From Candidatus Poribacteria bacterium (lineage in GTDB: Bacteria > Poribacteria > WGA-4E > WGA-3G), in the NCBI GenBank assembly GCA_965242965.1, contig OZ251518.1, positions 1,440,001 through 1,504,000 on the forward strand: a DNA stretch of 64,000 nucleotides, in the 5' to 3' direction. The notes beneath the pieces were generated by a model. That model worked only from the letters and a program-made list of their open reading frames with translations, did not search any database and was not told where the DNA came from. The first letter of the stretch is position 1; each line of letters begins with the position of its first letter. The position numbers and the translations under genes were made by a program. Shown one piece after another: positions 48,486-58,322 of the stretch.

Positions 48486-49589
48486 CTAATCAAAAACAAT
48501 CACGCCGCGCGCGTTTTCGCCCGCCTCCATGTCCGCAAACGCCTCGTTAATTTGCTCAAGCCGATAGTGACGCGTGATGAGCTCATCTAACTTCAGCTTA
48601 CCCTCTTCGTAAAGCGAGAGGAGTTTCGGCATGTCTACCCGCGGGTTGCACGAACCGTAGAAAGAACCGATGAGCTGCCGCTCAGTGGAAACGAAATGCT
48701 GCGCGGGGATGCTGAATTCCGCCTCATGATGCGCCATCCCGACGATAACCGCTGTGCCTGCCGCCCGAACCATCCGATACGCCTGCACGATAGTCTTTGG
48801 ATTGCCGATTACCTCAAAGGCGTAATCTACGCCGAGCCCGGCGGTGAGTTCACGAACTGCATCAACTGCATCAACTTCGGCGGCATTGACGACATCTGTC
48901 GCGCCGAAACACTCGGCAAAATCCAATTTCTTCTCGGCAATATCGACAGCGATAATCCGTTCCGCTCGCGCCAGCACCGCGCCTTGGATGACGTTCAACC
49001 CCACGCCGCCCGTGCCGATAACCGCCACCGTGCTACCCGGCTCCACCTGCGCGGTATTGAGCACGGCACCGACACCTGTCGTCACACCACACCCGACGAG
49101 CGCGGCTTTCTCTAGGGGATAGTGCGGCGCGATTTTGACGAGGTTCTGTTGCGGAACTACCATGTATTCGGACATCGTCGCCACGCGTGCCATTTGGAGG
49201 ATGCCATCTCCCGATTTGTTGTAGAGGCGATAAGTGCCATCTAACTGAAATCCACGCGGCACATCGTAACTCTCGCAGAGACACACTTTCTCCATCTGGC
49301 ACATCCGACACGTGCCACAATAAGTGACGAACGAGAGAATCACCCGTTCGCCGGGGCTGAAGTCTGTCACGTCATCGCCGATGCGCTCAATTGTGCCAGC
49401 ACCTTCGTGTCCTAGCACGACAGCGGCATCGTAATAGATGGCACCGGTGACGACAGATAAGTCGGAATGGCAGACACCGCTTGCCCCCGTGCGGATGAGC
49501 ACTTCGTTGGCTTTCGGTTCTTCAAGTTCAAGTTCTTCAACGACGACAGGTTGGTTGTGTTGATAAACAACAGCGGCGCGCGTTTTCAT
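48486..49589 (-). CDS. Zn-dependent alcohol dehydrogenase (class III-like MDR)
   Basis: GVCHSD, LGHEGAG, CG.C..C.......C, GCGVTTG.GA, G.GGVGL. Confidence 0.95.
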   Translation of the reverse strand: MKTRAAVVYQHNQPVVVEELELEEPKANEVLIRTGASGVCHSDLSVVTGAIYYDAAVVLGHEGAGTIERIGDDVTDFSPGERVILSFVTYCGTCRMCQMEKVCLCESYDVPRGFQLDGTYRLYNKSGDGILQMARVATMSEYMVVPQQNLVKIAPHYPLEKAALVGCGVTTGVGAVLNTAQVEPGSTVAVIGTGGVGLNVIQGAVLARAERIIAVDIAEKKLDFAECFGATDVVNAAEVDAVDAVRELTAGLGVDYAFEVIGNPKTIVQAYRMVRAAGTAVIVGMAHHEAEFSIPAQHFVSTERQLIGSFYGSCNPRVDMPKLLSLYEEGKLKLDELITRHYRLEQINEAFADMEAGENARGVIVFD

Positions 49590-49686
49590 ATTTCTATCTC
49601 CCTGGGGCAGTACGATTTCGCCGTGTTTGAGCGCGTTTTGCGTCGTGCGAGAACTTCAGACGCGCTCAAACTACAGTAGGTAATGT

Positions 49687-50019
49687 GAAGGTGTTTCATA
49701 AATCGCTCAACGTCGCGGGGGACAGGCCCCCGCGCTACGGTGAAAAAATGGAGAATTGCCGGCGGACCCGCCCGAGCTCAATGTCCGCCGGGTAGGAGGG
49801 ACATCCTTGTCCCGATAACAACATCGAGACCGGGACGGCAAGCCGACAGGAAAAAATTGAGACCAGGAGGTCTCTCCTACGGTATTGCATCGAGACCGGG
49901 AGGTCTCTCCTACCGGGGTGTGCATCGTTTCGGGTAGGAGGGACATCCTTGTCCCGATAACAACATCGAGACCGGGAGGTCTCTCCTAACGGGGACATCG
50001 CTTGCTATGAAACACCCTG
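49687..50019. mobile_element. TIR-bounded REP cassette (MITE-like)
   Basis: Left GAAGGTGTTTCATAAAT (49687-49703), right TATGAAACACCCT (50006-50018); A, B and C units inside. Confidence 0.65.
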
Positions 50020-50020
50020 A

Positions 50021-50821
50021 TTACAAGAGTGACTCCAAATAGTTCCTCGCCTTGCGCATGGCCGCAATAGGCTCGGATTCGCCTTCGTAGACGACAGAGA
50101 GACAGCCGTTATAGCCAACGCCGCGCAAAATATCTAATACGCGCGGATAGTCCAGCCATTGTTCAACCCCACTATCAATCTGGTAAAACTTAGTGCGGAC
50201 ATAGACAGCGTGCGGTGCCGTCTGTTCAATGCTGGCGTAGCAGTCATAATCCGGATGCGATGAACCGCGATGTCCACTCGCACCGGGTGAGCCAGCATAT
50301 TGCCCCGTGTCCAAGATATGCGTGAAATAGGGATGGTTCGTCTCGTTCAAGGCGCGTAAAACGGCATCGCCATCGCGCGTGACGTTGTTGTGGTTGTGAT
50401 TCTGCAACCCGACGAGGATGCCAGCCTGATGCCCGTATTCCGCCACTTCCTGGAACCCCTCAATCATCGGGGGCCACAAGGTTTCCTCGTCTTCGCAGTC
50501 GTCTGGGACATACGCGGCGAAGACCCGCACGAGCGGGCAGCTCATAAACGCCGCTACATCAATCCACTGCTTAATCAGGTTAATCTGCTCGCGGTGCTCG
50601 GCTACGGGGCGGCCGAAATTGTTGCTAACGCCGATGTAGCCGAGTGGCAGACCTTTGCGCATCAGATTCTTCTTTAACTCGCGCAGATACGAGGTATCGG
50701 TGGATTCAAACGCGCTGGCATGCAACTCAATCACGTCAAATCCCAAGTCGTAGACGATTTGCGCGAAGGCAGTAGCCGTAGTATTTCTGACATTGAGGGA
50801 CATTGTGCCGATTTTCATCAT
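50021..50821 (-). CDS. Sugar phosphate isomerase/epimerase (TIM barrel)
   Basis: LGFD.IEL, K.WID.A..M..P.VRVF, GLQNHNH, LDTG, LDY....IL...GY.G.LS..YEG. Confidence 0.87.
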   Translation of the reverse strand: MMKIGTMSLNVRNTTATAFAQIVYDLGFDVIELHASAFESTDTSYLRELKKNLMRKGLPLGYIGVSNNFGRPVAEHREQINLIKQWIDVAAFMSCPLVRVFAAYVPDDCEDEETLWPPMIEGFQEVAEYGHQAGILVGLQNHNHNNVTRDGDAVLRALNETNHPYFTHILDTGQYAGSPGASGHRGSSHPDYDCYASIEQTAPHAVYVRTKFYQIDSGVEQWLDYPRVLDILRGVGYNGCLSVVYEGESEPIAAMRKARNYLESLL

Positions 50822-50836
50822 GGGACGGTTCTCCTT

Positions 50837-51670
50837 CTATAAGGCGCGGGATGACTCTTTCAGCAACATATCCGTTTGATGATGCAAAGCCTGGAGGAAC
50901 GTTTCCAAGGTGTTTTGCAATTCACGGATTTGCTGCCGGTCTGCTTCAAGAAGCGTGACGCGTTCGTCAAGGGTTTCCAGTCGGTTAAGATGCTCCAGTA
51001 TCTCCTGCACCATATCTCGGACTTTTCGGTGATGCTGCCGGTCTTCTTCCAACTGTTGGACTTTCTCGACGGTTAAAGCGAGGGTTTTCTGCGCCTCAGT
51101 CAATTCGCGTTGTAAGTTTTGCGTAAAAGCGATTAACTTCTCCAACGTATTCGTCGTTTTGTAAGGCGGTTTCTCCGTTTCCCGTTGCGATGCATAGAGA
51201 GGAGAGCCCGCGGGTTCTTCGTGGCGCGGCACCTCGCTGACTTCGGGGACTTCATGTTCCGGGCCAAAAATGCCGAGCAACTTGATGTGATACAGAAACG
51301 GTGTGTAGTGTCCCTTCCGCTCCGTGTAGGTAATCTGCACCCGGATTTCTTCATCAACTTTCAGCGTATTCAGCCGACTGCGAATGTTCCGAATGACTAC
51401 CTCGTTATACCCGAATGCGTCATTTGACTTCGGATTTAATTGCCGGAGGTAATGAACGAGCTCAAGGCTGTCGGCACTCTCCCGCACCGTGCCTTCGACT
51501 GTTAAAACGCCGATGATGTCCTCATCCGGCGCATTCGGGTCCGGCCGTAATTTCTGTTCCGGTAGGACGACATCCAGCGGCACTTCGCCCTGGACGGCTT
51601 TCATGCCGAGGTTCCAACTGGTGAGGGAACGTCTGTTACAGAATGCGATGAAGTCGTAATGAATTGCCAT
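50837..51670 (-). CDS. Hypothetical protein with C-terminal coiled coil
   Basis: 277-aa ORF within an apparent operon; heptad-rich C-terminal third. Confidence 0.7.
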   Translation of the reverse strand: MAIHYDFIAFCNRRSLTSWNLGMKAVQGEVPLDVVLPEQKLRPDPNAPDEDIIGVLTVEGTVRESADSLELVHYLRQLNPKSNDAFGYNEVVIRNIRSRLNTLKVDEEIRVQITYTERKGHYTPFLYHIKLLGIFGPEHEVPEVSEVPRHEEPAGSPLYASQRETEKPPYKTTNTLEKLIAFTQNLQRELTEAQKTLALTVEKVQQLEEDRQHHRKVRDMVQEILEHLNRLETLDERVTLLEADRQQIRELQNTLETFLQALHHQTDMLLKESSRAL

Positions 51671-51716
51671 AGTTGTGTCTGCTGTTTTGATAGCCGCGCC
51701 ACCTTATTTCGGATGC

Positions 51717-52571
51717 CTAACGGTGTGTTAAAGGAACGAATCTTTTTTCGACTTGGGTGAGTGTCGGAATGCAAGAGGTGCCGACACCCTCCACTGCAAA
51801 CGATGCAACGCAGTGTGCGAAGTTAAGTGCATCGGGTGCTGAACGCGTCTGATAGTAGTTGATTAAAAACGCTGTTGCGAACACATCGCCGCCCCCCGTC
51901 GGATCTACTTCGGTAATCGGATATGCGGGGGAATTGAGGATACGCCCGTTTTGGAAAAGTTTTGCGTCCCGCGAGCCGCGCGTCAACACCACAATGGGTG
52001 TCAATTCAATATACTTCTCCAATTCGTCTGGATATGTTCCCAAGTCCTCGTCGCTGAGGATTAGGATGTCAGTGTGCGGCAAAATCTCGTGCGCGTTCTC
52101 CCACCGTTTTGGAAACACCTGTCCGTTGTCGTCCCACTGCCGCATCCACCCCTGCGGCGTTACACCGATTAAGGTTTTGTCGCCGAAGCTGTGAACGAGT
52201 GCCGCCTCAACCTCGCCTGCGATGGGGCACAAGTAGACGACATCCGGCGTTCGCCATTCCGCGGGGATGTGGCGCGCACCGAGACGCAGTGCTACCGCGG
52301 AGAGGAACTGCTGTCGATTTCCGTGCGCATCGTAGCGGTTATCAAAAACTGTTGTCTCCGGTGATGCGTGATACACCGCTTCGATGCCCGCTAAGCGGCG
52401 ATTCCCCCGGTCGAAATTCGCGCCGACGGCTGTGACAGCGCGGACAGGACAGCCGAGGTTCTGCGCCGTCAACGCGGCATACGCAGCGGAACCACCGAGG
52501 ATATACCCATCAGGTGCCACATCATAGCAGAAATGTCCGACAGAGAGAAACGTTGGAGACATTGGAGACAT
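51717..52571 (-). CDS. PfkB family carbohydrate kinase
   Basis: VGH...D, LGG.A.YA, DPTGGGDVFA; start chosen at ATG 52571. Confidence 0.88.
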   Translation of the reverse strand: MSPMSPTFLSVGHFCYDVAPDGYILGGSAAYAALTAQNLGCPVRAVTAVGANFDRGNRRLAGIEAVYHASPETTVFDNRYDAHGNRQQFLSAVALRLGARHIPAEWRTPDVVYLCPIAGEVEAALVHSFGDKTLIGVTPQGWMRQWDDNGQVFPKRWENAHEILPHTDILILSDEDLGTYPDELEKYIELTPIVVLTRGSRDAKLFQNGRILNSPAYPITEVDPTGGGDVFATAFLINYYQTRSAPDALNFAHCVASFAVEGVGTSCIPTLTQVEKRFVPLTHR

Positions 52572-52581
52572 TGAGTTATCC

Positions 52582-52914
52582 TTACAGTTCAAAAACGGGC
52601 TCCATGCGGGCCCACCATTCGCCGGGCTGCGCCTCCGGTACCGGTTCTTGGAAGGTTCGCATTAATGCGTCCCATTCTTTGCATCGCGGGTGTTGTTCGA
52701 GGTAGCGCGGAAAGTCACGTTCAATATCAAACGTGTCCACCGTTTCCATCGCCATGAAAAGTCGGCGGCCCAGCAGATAGATGTCCATTCGGGTGATGCC
52801 GACTGCTTTCAACGCGGCGACTATTTCGGGCCATGCATCGCGGTGATATGTCTTATACTGCTCAATGATGCCCGGTTCGTTTTTCAGGTTTAGCGTTAAG
52901 CCGAAGTGTTTCAT
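52582..52914 (-). CDS. rhaM: L-rhamnose mutarotase family protein
   Basis: I..Y...H...WPE....L...GI..M.IY..G.RLFM, W..LM..FQ, W..ME.VF.L. Confidence 0.82.
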   Translation of the reverse strand: MKHFGLTLNLKNEPGIIEQYKTYHRDAWPEIVAALKAVGITRMDIYLLGRRLFMAMETVDTFDIERDFPRYLEQHPRCKEWDALMRTFQEPVPEAQPGEWWARMEPVFEL

Positions 52915-52947
52915 CGATTGTGCTCGGTAACAAAAGTTTCAGTTGCT

Positions 52948-52976
52948 ATCTTACCAAATTTTGACATATTTGTCAA
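52948..52976 (-). promoter_or_regulatory. Sigma70-type promoter with an overlapping palindrome
   Basis: Minus strand TTGACA-N17-TAAGAT; TTGACA-N4-TGTCAA palindrome at 52961-52976. Confidence 0.55.
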
Positions 52977-53132
52977 CAATTTTTTTGAAAATATTTTACG
53001 AAGGCGAATCTGCACTTGCAATAACCGCATATTTCATGCTATAATAGAGACAATCAGACTTACACAGGACAAACGGAGAATAATGACATTTGCGTTCGTC
53101 CTGAAAAAAACAACGCGCAGGGGAAAATTGCT

Positions 53133-54200
53133 ATGAAACGCCGACTTCTGAAAACCAGCTCAAATGCCTTGATTCTGTCTATCGGGCTGCATCTTCTCTT
53201 GTTTCTGATGCTTGGGACGTTGTATCGGCAGCGAGCGATGCAGCCATTGGAACCGTCTACAGCACTTGTGCTAGAGAAAACTCGGCCCCGGGTCCCTCTG
53301 CGGCGTTTGAAGCGGCGGCCGCCTCTCCCGATAGCAGTTGCAACGGCACCACGGAACATGCAACCGACGAAGGTGATAAACGTTCGGCCAACTTCGTTGC
53401 AGCCTGCGGCGAGAGCGGTGCTGCATCGCGAGACGACAATTCACCTTCAAACGCCTGGGCTTCCTACACCTGCGACGGTGGGATACACGGGTGGCGGCGC
53501 GTCACCGGTGCCAGGGTTCAGGGGGAAAATAGGCAACGGCATCGGCACAGGCGTTGCTGTCGGCAGGAGCGCGCCCGGCGGTGCAAAGCGGTTTCTGATA
53601 AGCCCAAACGAAGAACCGGCAGCGGATATAGCGGAACTGACGTTGCCGGCGTTGGCACTCACTAAAATCGGCAGGCATATTGTCGCCAACCGCACTGTGG
53701 ACAAGGTTGACATCGTCTTCGTGATTGACGGTAGCGGGAGCATGAAAAACGACATTAACGCCGTGCGCGAACATCTTAGTCACATGACAGACTTAGTTGA
53801 TGCGGCGCAGATAGACTTCACCCTCGGCATTGTGGCGTTCCGAGCCGGCACCGGGTATACCCTCCTCGGCATGGACTTTGAGGTTATTCCGCAAACCCGT
53901 TCTATCGCGCGGATTCAAAAGATACTCGGCCAACTGCGCTGCAGCGGCGATGAAAAGGCACTAGACGCGCTCGTGCGCGCCGCCGATGAGGTGCGGTTCC
54001 GGCGCGACGCGGATGTCCATTTCATTCTTGTGACAGACGAATACGTGAGCGGCGCGTATTCGTCCATCGACGTGCTGACGAAGATGAAGACAGCGAAGAT
54101 TCGGGTGGATGTCATTGGGCGCGATGAACCTTCGCAAAAGTTTCTGGCGAAAAGCACGGGTGGGTTGTGGTTGCCGATTTCGAGTCTTGCGGTGCATTAG
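53133..54200 (+). CDS. Membrane-anchored vWA domain protein
   Basis: N-terminal SI.LH TM, Pro/Gly linker, DIVFVIDGSGSM MIDAS, FR.......ILVTDE, LA..TGG. Confidence 0.85.
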   Translation: MKRRLLKTSSNALILSIGLHLLLFLMLGTLYRQRAMQPLEPSTALVLEKTRPRVPLRRLKRRPPLPIAVATAPRNMQPTKVINVRPTSLQPAARAVLHRETTIHLQTPGLPTPATVGYTGGGASPVPGFRGKIGNGIGTGVAVGRSAPGGAKRFLISPNEEPAADIAELTLPALALTKIGRHIVANRTVDKVDIVFVIDGSGSMKNDINAVREHLSHMTDLVDAAQIDFTLGIVAFRAGTGYTLLGMDFEVIPQTRSIARIQKILGQLRCSGDEKALDALVRAADEVRFRRDADVHFILVTDEYVSGAYSSIDVLTKMKTAKIRVDVIGRDEPSQKFLAKSTGGLWLPISSLAVH

Positions 54201-54281
54201 GGAGGTTTCATCAACATTCACGGGCTAGGAAACGGCCCACCTCTGTAGTTCGGGAGCACCCGCTCCCGAACGTGTTTCATA

Positions 54282-55322
54282 CTACTCTGTCTCCGTCCGA
54301 TACCGAATCGTCAGCACCGGCCGCAGCGGCTCATCTGCATGCTCTTTAGCAGCGAACACCACTTCGCCATTTTCATCTTGCACGGCGAAAAGATAGCCGT
54401 AGTTGTAATCAGGGTTTGCCACCCAAAATCGCACCGCTTCCGTAAGCCGCTCCCCTTTCCAAACGTAGCGTTTGGCGGCATCCGCAATTTCAGTTGTGCT
54501 ATCCACGCGATGCGCCACATCTTCCGAACCGTTGTAATCGCTCTCCTTGTCGCCGTTTATTCCCGGTAACATCGCCTGCGCCGGCGGTTTATTCCACGGC
54601 AGGTTCCGATGGAGCGCGCTGTTATAGGTGAGTTCATTCTCCTCGGCCGGCGACGAGGTGCCTCTCCCTTCGCGCCACGGCAGTAGCACGCGCCGAATCA
54701 GCACAGTCTGCGTCCCTTCGCACTGCTGTGCATGGAGACTTAACGTCGCTTCCAAAACCTGCGCCGGTGCCTCAATGCCCATATCGGCGAAGGCATCAAA
54801 CAAATCAAATGAAACGAAAAAGACACCGCCTGTCGCGCTACAACGCAGAAAGGGTTCCGCGCCAGCATTGTGGTTGCGCGTCTTTCTGTCTTTCGCCACG
54901 ATAAGGTTCGTATCCTGCAGCGTCGAAAATGTGACTGTCTGCCCCGCGCCGAAGGTTATCTCGTTTTCCATCGGAAGTGTGAAAACGATTTCTCCTGTTT
55001 CTGCTGTCGCCTTACCCGCTTGCAACCCCGCGCCTTTTTGCAAAAGGGTATACGCTTTTCCCACAGCCAACGGCGTGGTGAACAGCATCACACGAGTCCC
55101 CCGTTTGTCAAGCAACACATCTTCTATCTGGATATCCGGCGTGATGTGATAATTGGCTGCGTTTTCCGCGGTTTCTGCAGCAAGCTGCCCATCGAATTGT
55201 AACTGAATCGCGGTTTGAGAAAGGGGGAATGCCTTCACAACTTTCGGCATTTCTGCCCAACTGTTTAGGGCAAAAATCGAGAAAAATAGCGCGGCGGCAC
55301 CCGCGCCTTTAAAAATTTTCAA
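54282..55322 (-). CDS. Secreted protein with Ig-like N-terminus and DNRLRE/CBM96-like domain
   Basis: GGAGG SD before TTG 55322; signal peptide; F......AEN.ANY.I; QDT, ATL.L, W.EG.G, V..WV.NP..NYG, RP.L.I.Y. Confidence 0.65.
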   Translation of the reverse strand: MKIFKGAGAAALFFSIFALNSWAEMPKVVKAFPLSQTAIQLQFDGQLAAETAENAANYHITPDIQIEDVLLDKRGTRVMLFTTPLAVGKAYTLLQKGAGLQAGKATAETGEIVFTLPMENEITFGAGQTVTFSTLQDTNLIVAKDRKTRNHNAGAEPFLRCSATGGVFFVSFDLFDAFADMGIEAPAQVLEATLSLHAQQCEGTQTVLIRRVLLPWREGRGTSSPAEENELTYNSALHRNLPWNKPPAQAMLPGINGDKESDYNGSEDVAHRVDSTTEIADAAKRYVWKGERLTEAVRFWVANPDYNYGYLFAVQDENGEVVFAAKEHADEPLRPVLTIRYRTETE

Positions 55323-55407
55323 AATGCACCTCCAAAACGGGCAAAACGGGGGGATAGGGACATCCTCTGACGCACGAGGAATGTCAAGGCACAGATATAG
55401 AAATCCG

Positions 55408-56619
55408 CTAATCCACATCCATCGTAATAAAAACGGCATTCAATACCTCCCGTTCGCTTTGTCCGGAAGGTTTGTTGATAACTGCATCGTTGACGACAAA
55501 GGTGCTAGACGAGCCGCCGTCAAGATTAATCGCTTCAGTCGCGCCGAACTCAATGAGGAGACTGGCGAGTTCATAGAGTGTTAAACCGGTGCTATACTGC
55601 GGCTGTCTCCCATCAGCAACGACGAGGAATAAGGTATCCGCATTGTAGCCGAGGGCAGTGCGCGGTTCATGACTCAGATTTAGCACGGATGTCCGCTTCC
55701 CGGGACGATGTTTCTTCTCGGCTTCGTGCATCTTCACCAGCGTCGGGTTTATCATGCCGTTCGTGAGGAGTCGGAGCCGGCCGCCAATTGCATGCCGCGC
55801 CCGATTCCAACTCGGCGGCGAGAGGGTGAGCGTCACCGTGCCTTCCACGCCTTCATTGAATGCGGAGACAGCAGGCGTTTTCACCCGTGAACTTATCCAG
55901 AGAACAGCACCGTCCCTTGGAATCGCGCTGTTTCCATCTTTCGTCACGCCGTTCACACGGTAAGGTTGCGTATAATGCGGCGTTAGCGGTAGGAGCGAAC
56001 TCCCGGCAAGGACGACTTCTTGTCCACGGCGACGATTCGTGCGGGTGGATGCTCCCATCCGCGGCGTGTAAAGCGTCACCTCACAGCCATCAAGCCGCCG
56101 CTGATTAATGCATCCAAGTGACAGCGTGTGCGTGCCTATCGTCACCGACGCTTGCATCTCAACGGGCCCGGTAAGAAACTCGCCTGTGTCGGTGACACCG
56201 AAACAGGCATCGACATCTGTCGGCTGCGTCATCAATTCGCCATCTTGGATGTGTAAATTTTCCAAGACACCGCCGTAACCGCGCATATCCCCGAGCACGC
56301 CGAAGCCGCCGTTGACAGCGACAAGGACGCGCCTATCCCCCCGTTTTGCGCGACGCTGTGCCATGGAGCGCACGGTTTCTTTCCCCAGAATCTGTGCATT
56401 CGCAAGCGATACCTCAACATGCAACGTCGGTTGATGCCGAGACATCTCGGCGACATACAGCACGCACGTTTCAACATCCCAATCGTAGCGATAGAGCCGG
56501 AGCCCAGAAGACAATTCGGTGGAAAATAAATCCGTTTTTTCACCGCCGGCTTGCGCGAAGAGGGGAGTCAAAAGCAGGAAGCAGAAAAGGCACAGGAATG
56601 GGAAAATATGACGTTTCAT
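55408..56619 (-). CDS. Phosphodiester glycosidase (NAGPA/DUF2233) family protein
   Basis: Signal peptide, VAVNGGF, PRTALG, VVADGRQ..YS.G.TL.ELA, GA.EAINLDGGSSS, IN.PS. Confidence 0.9.
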   Translation of the reverse strand: MKRHIFPFLCLFCFLLLTPLFAQAGGEKTDLFSTELSSGLRLYRYDWDVETCVLYVAEMSRHQPTLHVEVSLANAQILGKETVRSMAQRRAKRGDRRVLVAVNGGFGVLGDMRGYGGVLENLHIQDGELMTQPTDVDACFGVTDTGEFLTGPVEMQASVTIGTHTLSLGCINQRRLDGCEVTLYTPRMGASTRTNRRRGQEVVLAGSSLLPLTPHYTQPYRVNGVTKDGNSAIPRDGAVLWISSRVKTPAVSAFNEGVEGTVTLTLSPPSWNRARHAIGGRLRLLTNGMINPTLVKMHEAEKKHRPGKRTSVLNLSHEPRTALGYNADTLFLVVADGRQPQYSTGLTLYELASLLIEFGATEAINLDGGSSSTFVVNDAVINKPSGQSEREVLNAVFITMDVD

Positions 56620-57011
56620 AGGCTTGGCTGCCCTTGCATTCGTTGATATGTTTCGTCCTTTGTCCGCCGAATCTGAACGGCGAAATAGGCAATCGGATGT
56701 TCGATGGGTGGATGAAGTTTCTTGACGGTGAGATGCACTTCATCCACCGCGAACTGCGCGAGAATCGCTGTCGCTATCGCCTCAGCGAGTGCTTCAATGA
56801 GTTGGAACGACTGCCGCGTGCCGATATCGACGATGAGCGTTACCACTTCGGCGTAGTCAATCGTTTCATCAAGAGCGTCGGTTTTGCCGGCATCGGCAAG
56901 CGAACAGCCTAACGTTGCATCGACTTCATAATGGCCGCCCACCTGCCGTTCTTCTGCGGGCACCCCGTGGTGGCCGTGAAATCGGATGCCTTTGAGGATA
57001 AGTTTATCCAT
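56616..57011 (-). CDS. folB: Dihydroneopterin aldolase
   Basis: MDKL.LKG.RF.G.HGV..EE..VG..Y.VD, D.L..TIDY.EV, LIEALAE.IA, V.K..PP; several in-frame upstream starts are possible. Confidence 0.93.
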   Translation of the reverse strand: MDKLILKGIRFHGHHGVPAEERQVGGHYEVDATLGCSLADAGKTDALDETIDYAEVVTLIVDIGTRQSFQLIEALAEAIATAILAQFAVDEVHLTVKKLHPPIEHPIAYFAVQIRRTKDETYQRMQGQPSL

Positions 57012-57066
57012 TTTTTCTCGGCCATTTTTTCTTGAGGCCATTTTTTCTCGCGGCTGCGCGCCGGTT

Positions 57067-57681
57067 TTAGTTGACAATCTTCTCGCCTACCTCATGGCCA
57101 GGCTCAACCAGATCGCGAATCTGTTTGCCGTTCTTCCCGGCGGTGTAGTCAATGGCGCGGATTTTCCACTCGTCCTTCTGCTTTCTGAGCGTGGAATAGA
57201 GGTCACCGCCTTGATTGCCCCACATATATTTGCCGTGCAGAACGGCATCCTTGCCGCGGCTATCAATGGCGATGTAAGCGATATCCACGTTCATTTTCCC
57301 GCCGCGGAGCTGGAAAATCCCTTCCCAGGCTTTATTCACGGCGTTCCAACCGTCATTCCGTTCAAAGGTGCCGGCCCAAAATGTCCACGCCGTAAACACT
57401 TCGTCTTCCTGCTTCTCGCTTTTGAACCAGGTATCGCCTAGGATATCAATATCCTGTTCGCCATGGGCGATGGCATAAACTTCGTAAAGCGCGCGAATCG
57501 CCTCCTCTTCGGCGGCGAAGTCAATGTTCCTCTCAAAGGTTACCGCTGGTTCCGCGGGAGTTGCTGTCGGAGTTTGTGTCGTCGTTGGAGCTTCGGTATC
57601 TGCTGCGTCGTCGCCGCCGCATGCCATCATACCCACGGCGAGTCCGAGGATGAGAAAATAACAAATCGCTTTCGGTTTCAT
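57067..57681 (-). CDS. Lipoprotein with NTF2/SnoaL-like domain
   Basis: GAGGAG SD, lipobox MMACGG, Thr/Pro linker, EEEAIRALY..Y..A....D.D, GW.AV...W, WKI. Confidence 0.7.
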   Translation of the reverse strand: MKPKAICYFLILGLAVGMMACGGDDAADTEAPTTTQTPTATPAEPAVTFERNIDFAAEEEAIRALYEVYAIAHGEQDIDILGDTWFKSEKQEDEVFTAWTFWAGTFERNDGWNAVNKAWEGIFQLRGGKMNVDIAYIAIDSRGKDAVLHGKYMWGNQGGDLYSTLRKQKDEWKIRAIDYTAGKNGKQIRDLVEPGHEVGEKIVN

Positions 57682-57772
57682 AACGATTCTCCTCTTTTGA
57701 AGATAAATAAACTGATATTATTCTAGCATGTCTAGCGAATAAAAGTCAAGGTTAAATTTTGGCGCGGGGTGC

Positions 57773-57870
57773 CAGGATTATCAAGATTCGCCAGAGATGA
57801 GCAGGATTTGCAGGATTATCAAGATTCGCCAGAGATGAGCAGGATTTACACGATTTACAAGATTAGCAAG
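57773..57870. repeat. Short tandem repeats (CAGGATT/CAAGATT) with a duplicated ~38-bp unit
   Basis: CAGGATTATCAAGATTCGCCAGAGATGAGCAGGATTT at 57773 and 57811. Confidence 0.8.
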
Positions 57871-57877
57871 ATAAGAC

Positions 57878-58314
57878 TGTAGTTCGGGAGCACCTTCTCC
57901 CGAACTGCACATGGAGAGGAGGACTTCCTGGCCCGTAGCGCGGGGGCCTGTCCCCCGCGATCGTCAACTTACGCGAAAACCGCACGCCGACAAAGGCCGT
58001 TTCCCCGATCGAGGCACGGCGAGGGACAGGCCCTCGCCCTACGGTAAACGGCACGCTTTTCTTAACCGTAGCGCGGGGGCCTGTCCCCCGCGATCACACC
58101 CGTGAAAAAATTTCTTCAGAAACTCTGCAGCGGTTTATCTCTGTAGAGCAAGAGCACCTGCTCTGGATCCGTTTCGGGAGCGGGTGCTCCCGAACTACAG
58201 ATCTGGGGCAGGTCGGGCGATCGCGGGGGACAGGCCCCCGCGCTACGGGCCAGGACGAAAAAACGCGCGGGCGACAACCTAATAGGCCACCGCCCGCGCG
58301 AGATATGAAACAAT
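57878..58314. repeat. Mosaic REP-like cluster with a degenerate right terminal motif
   Basis: D and A/A' units; AGATATGAAACAAT at 58301-58314. Confidence 0.85.
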
Positions 58315-58322
58315 ACGCAAGA

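Noticed and set aside
57009-57052. Three GAGAAAAAATGG-like repeats before folB
   Set aside because: A short local duplication giving alternative starts; no evidence of function
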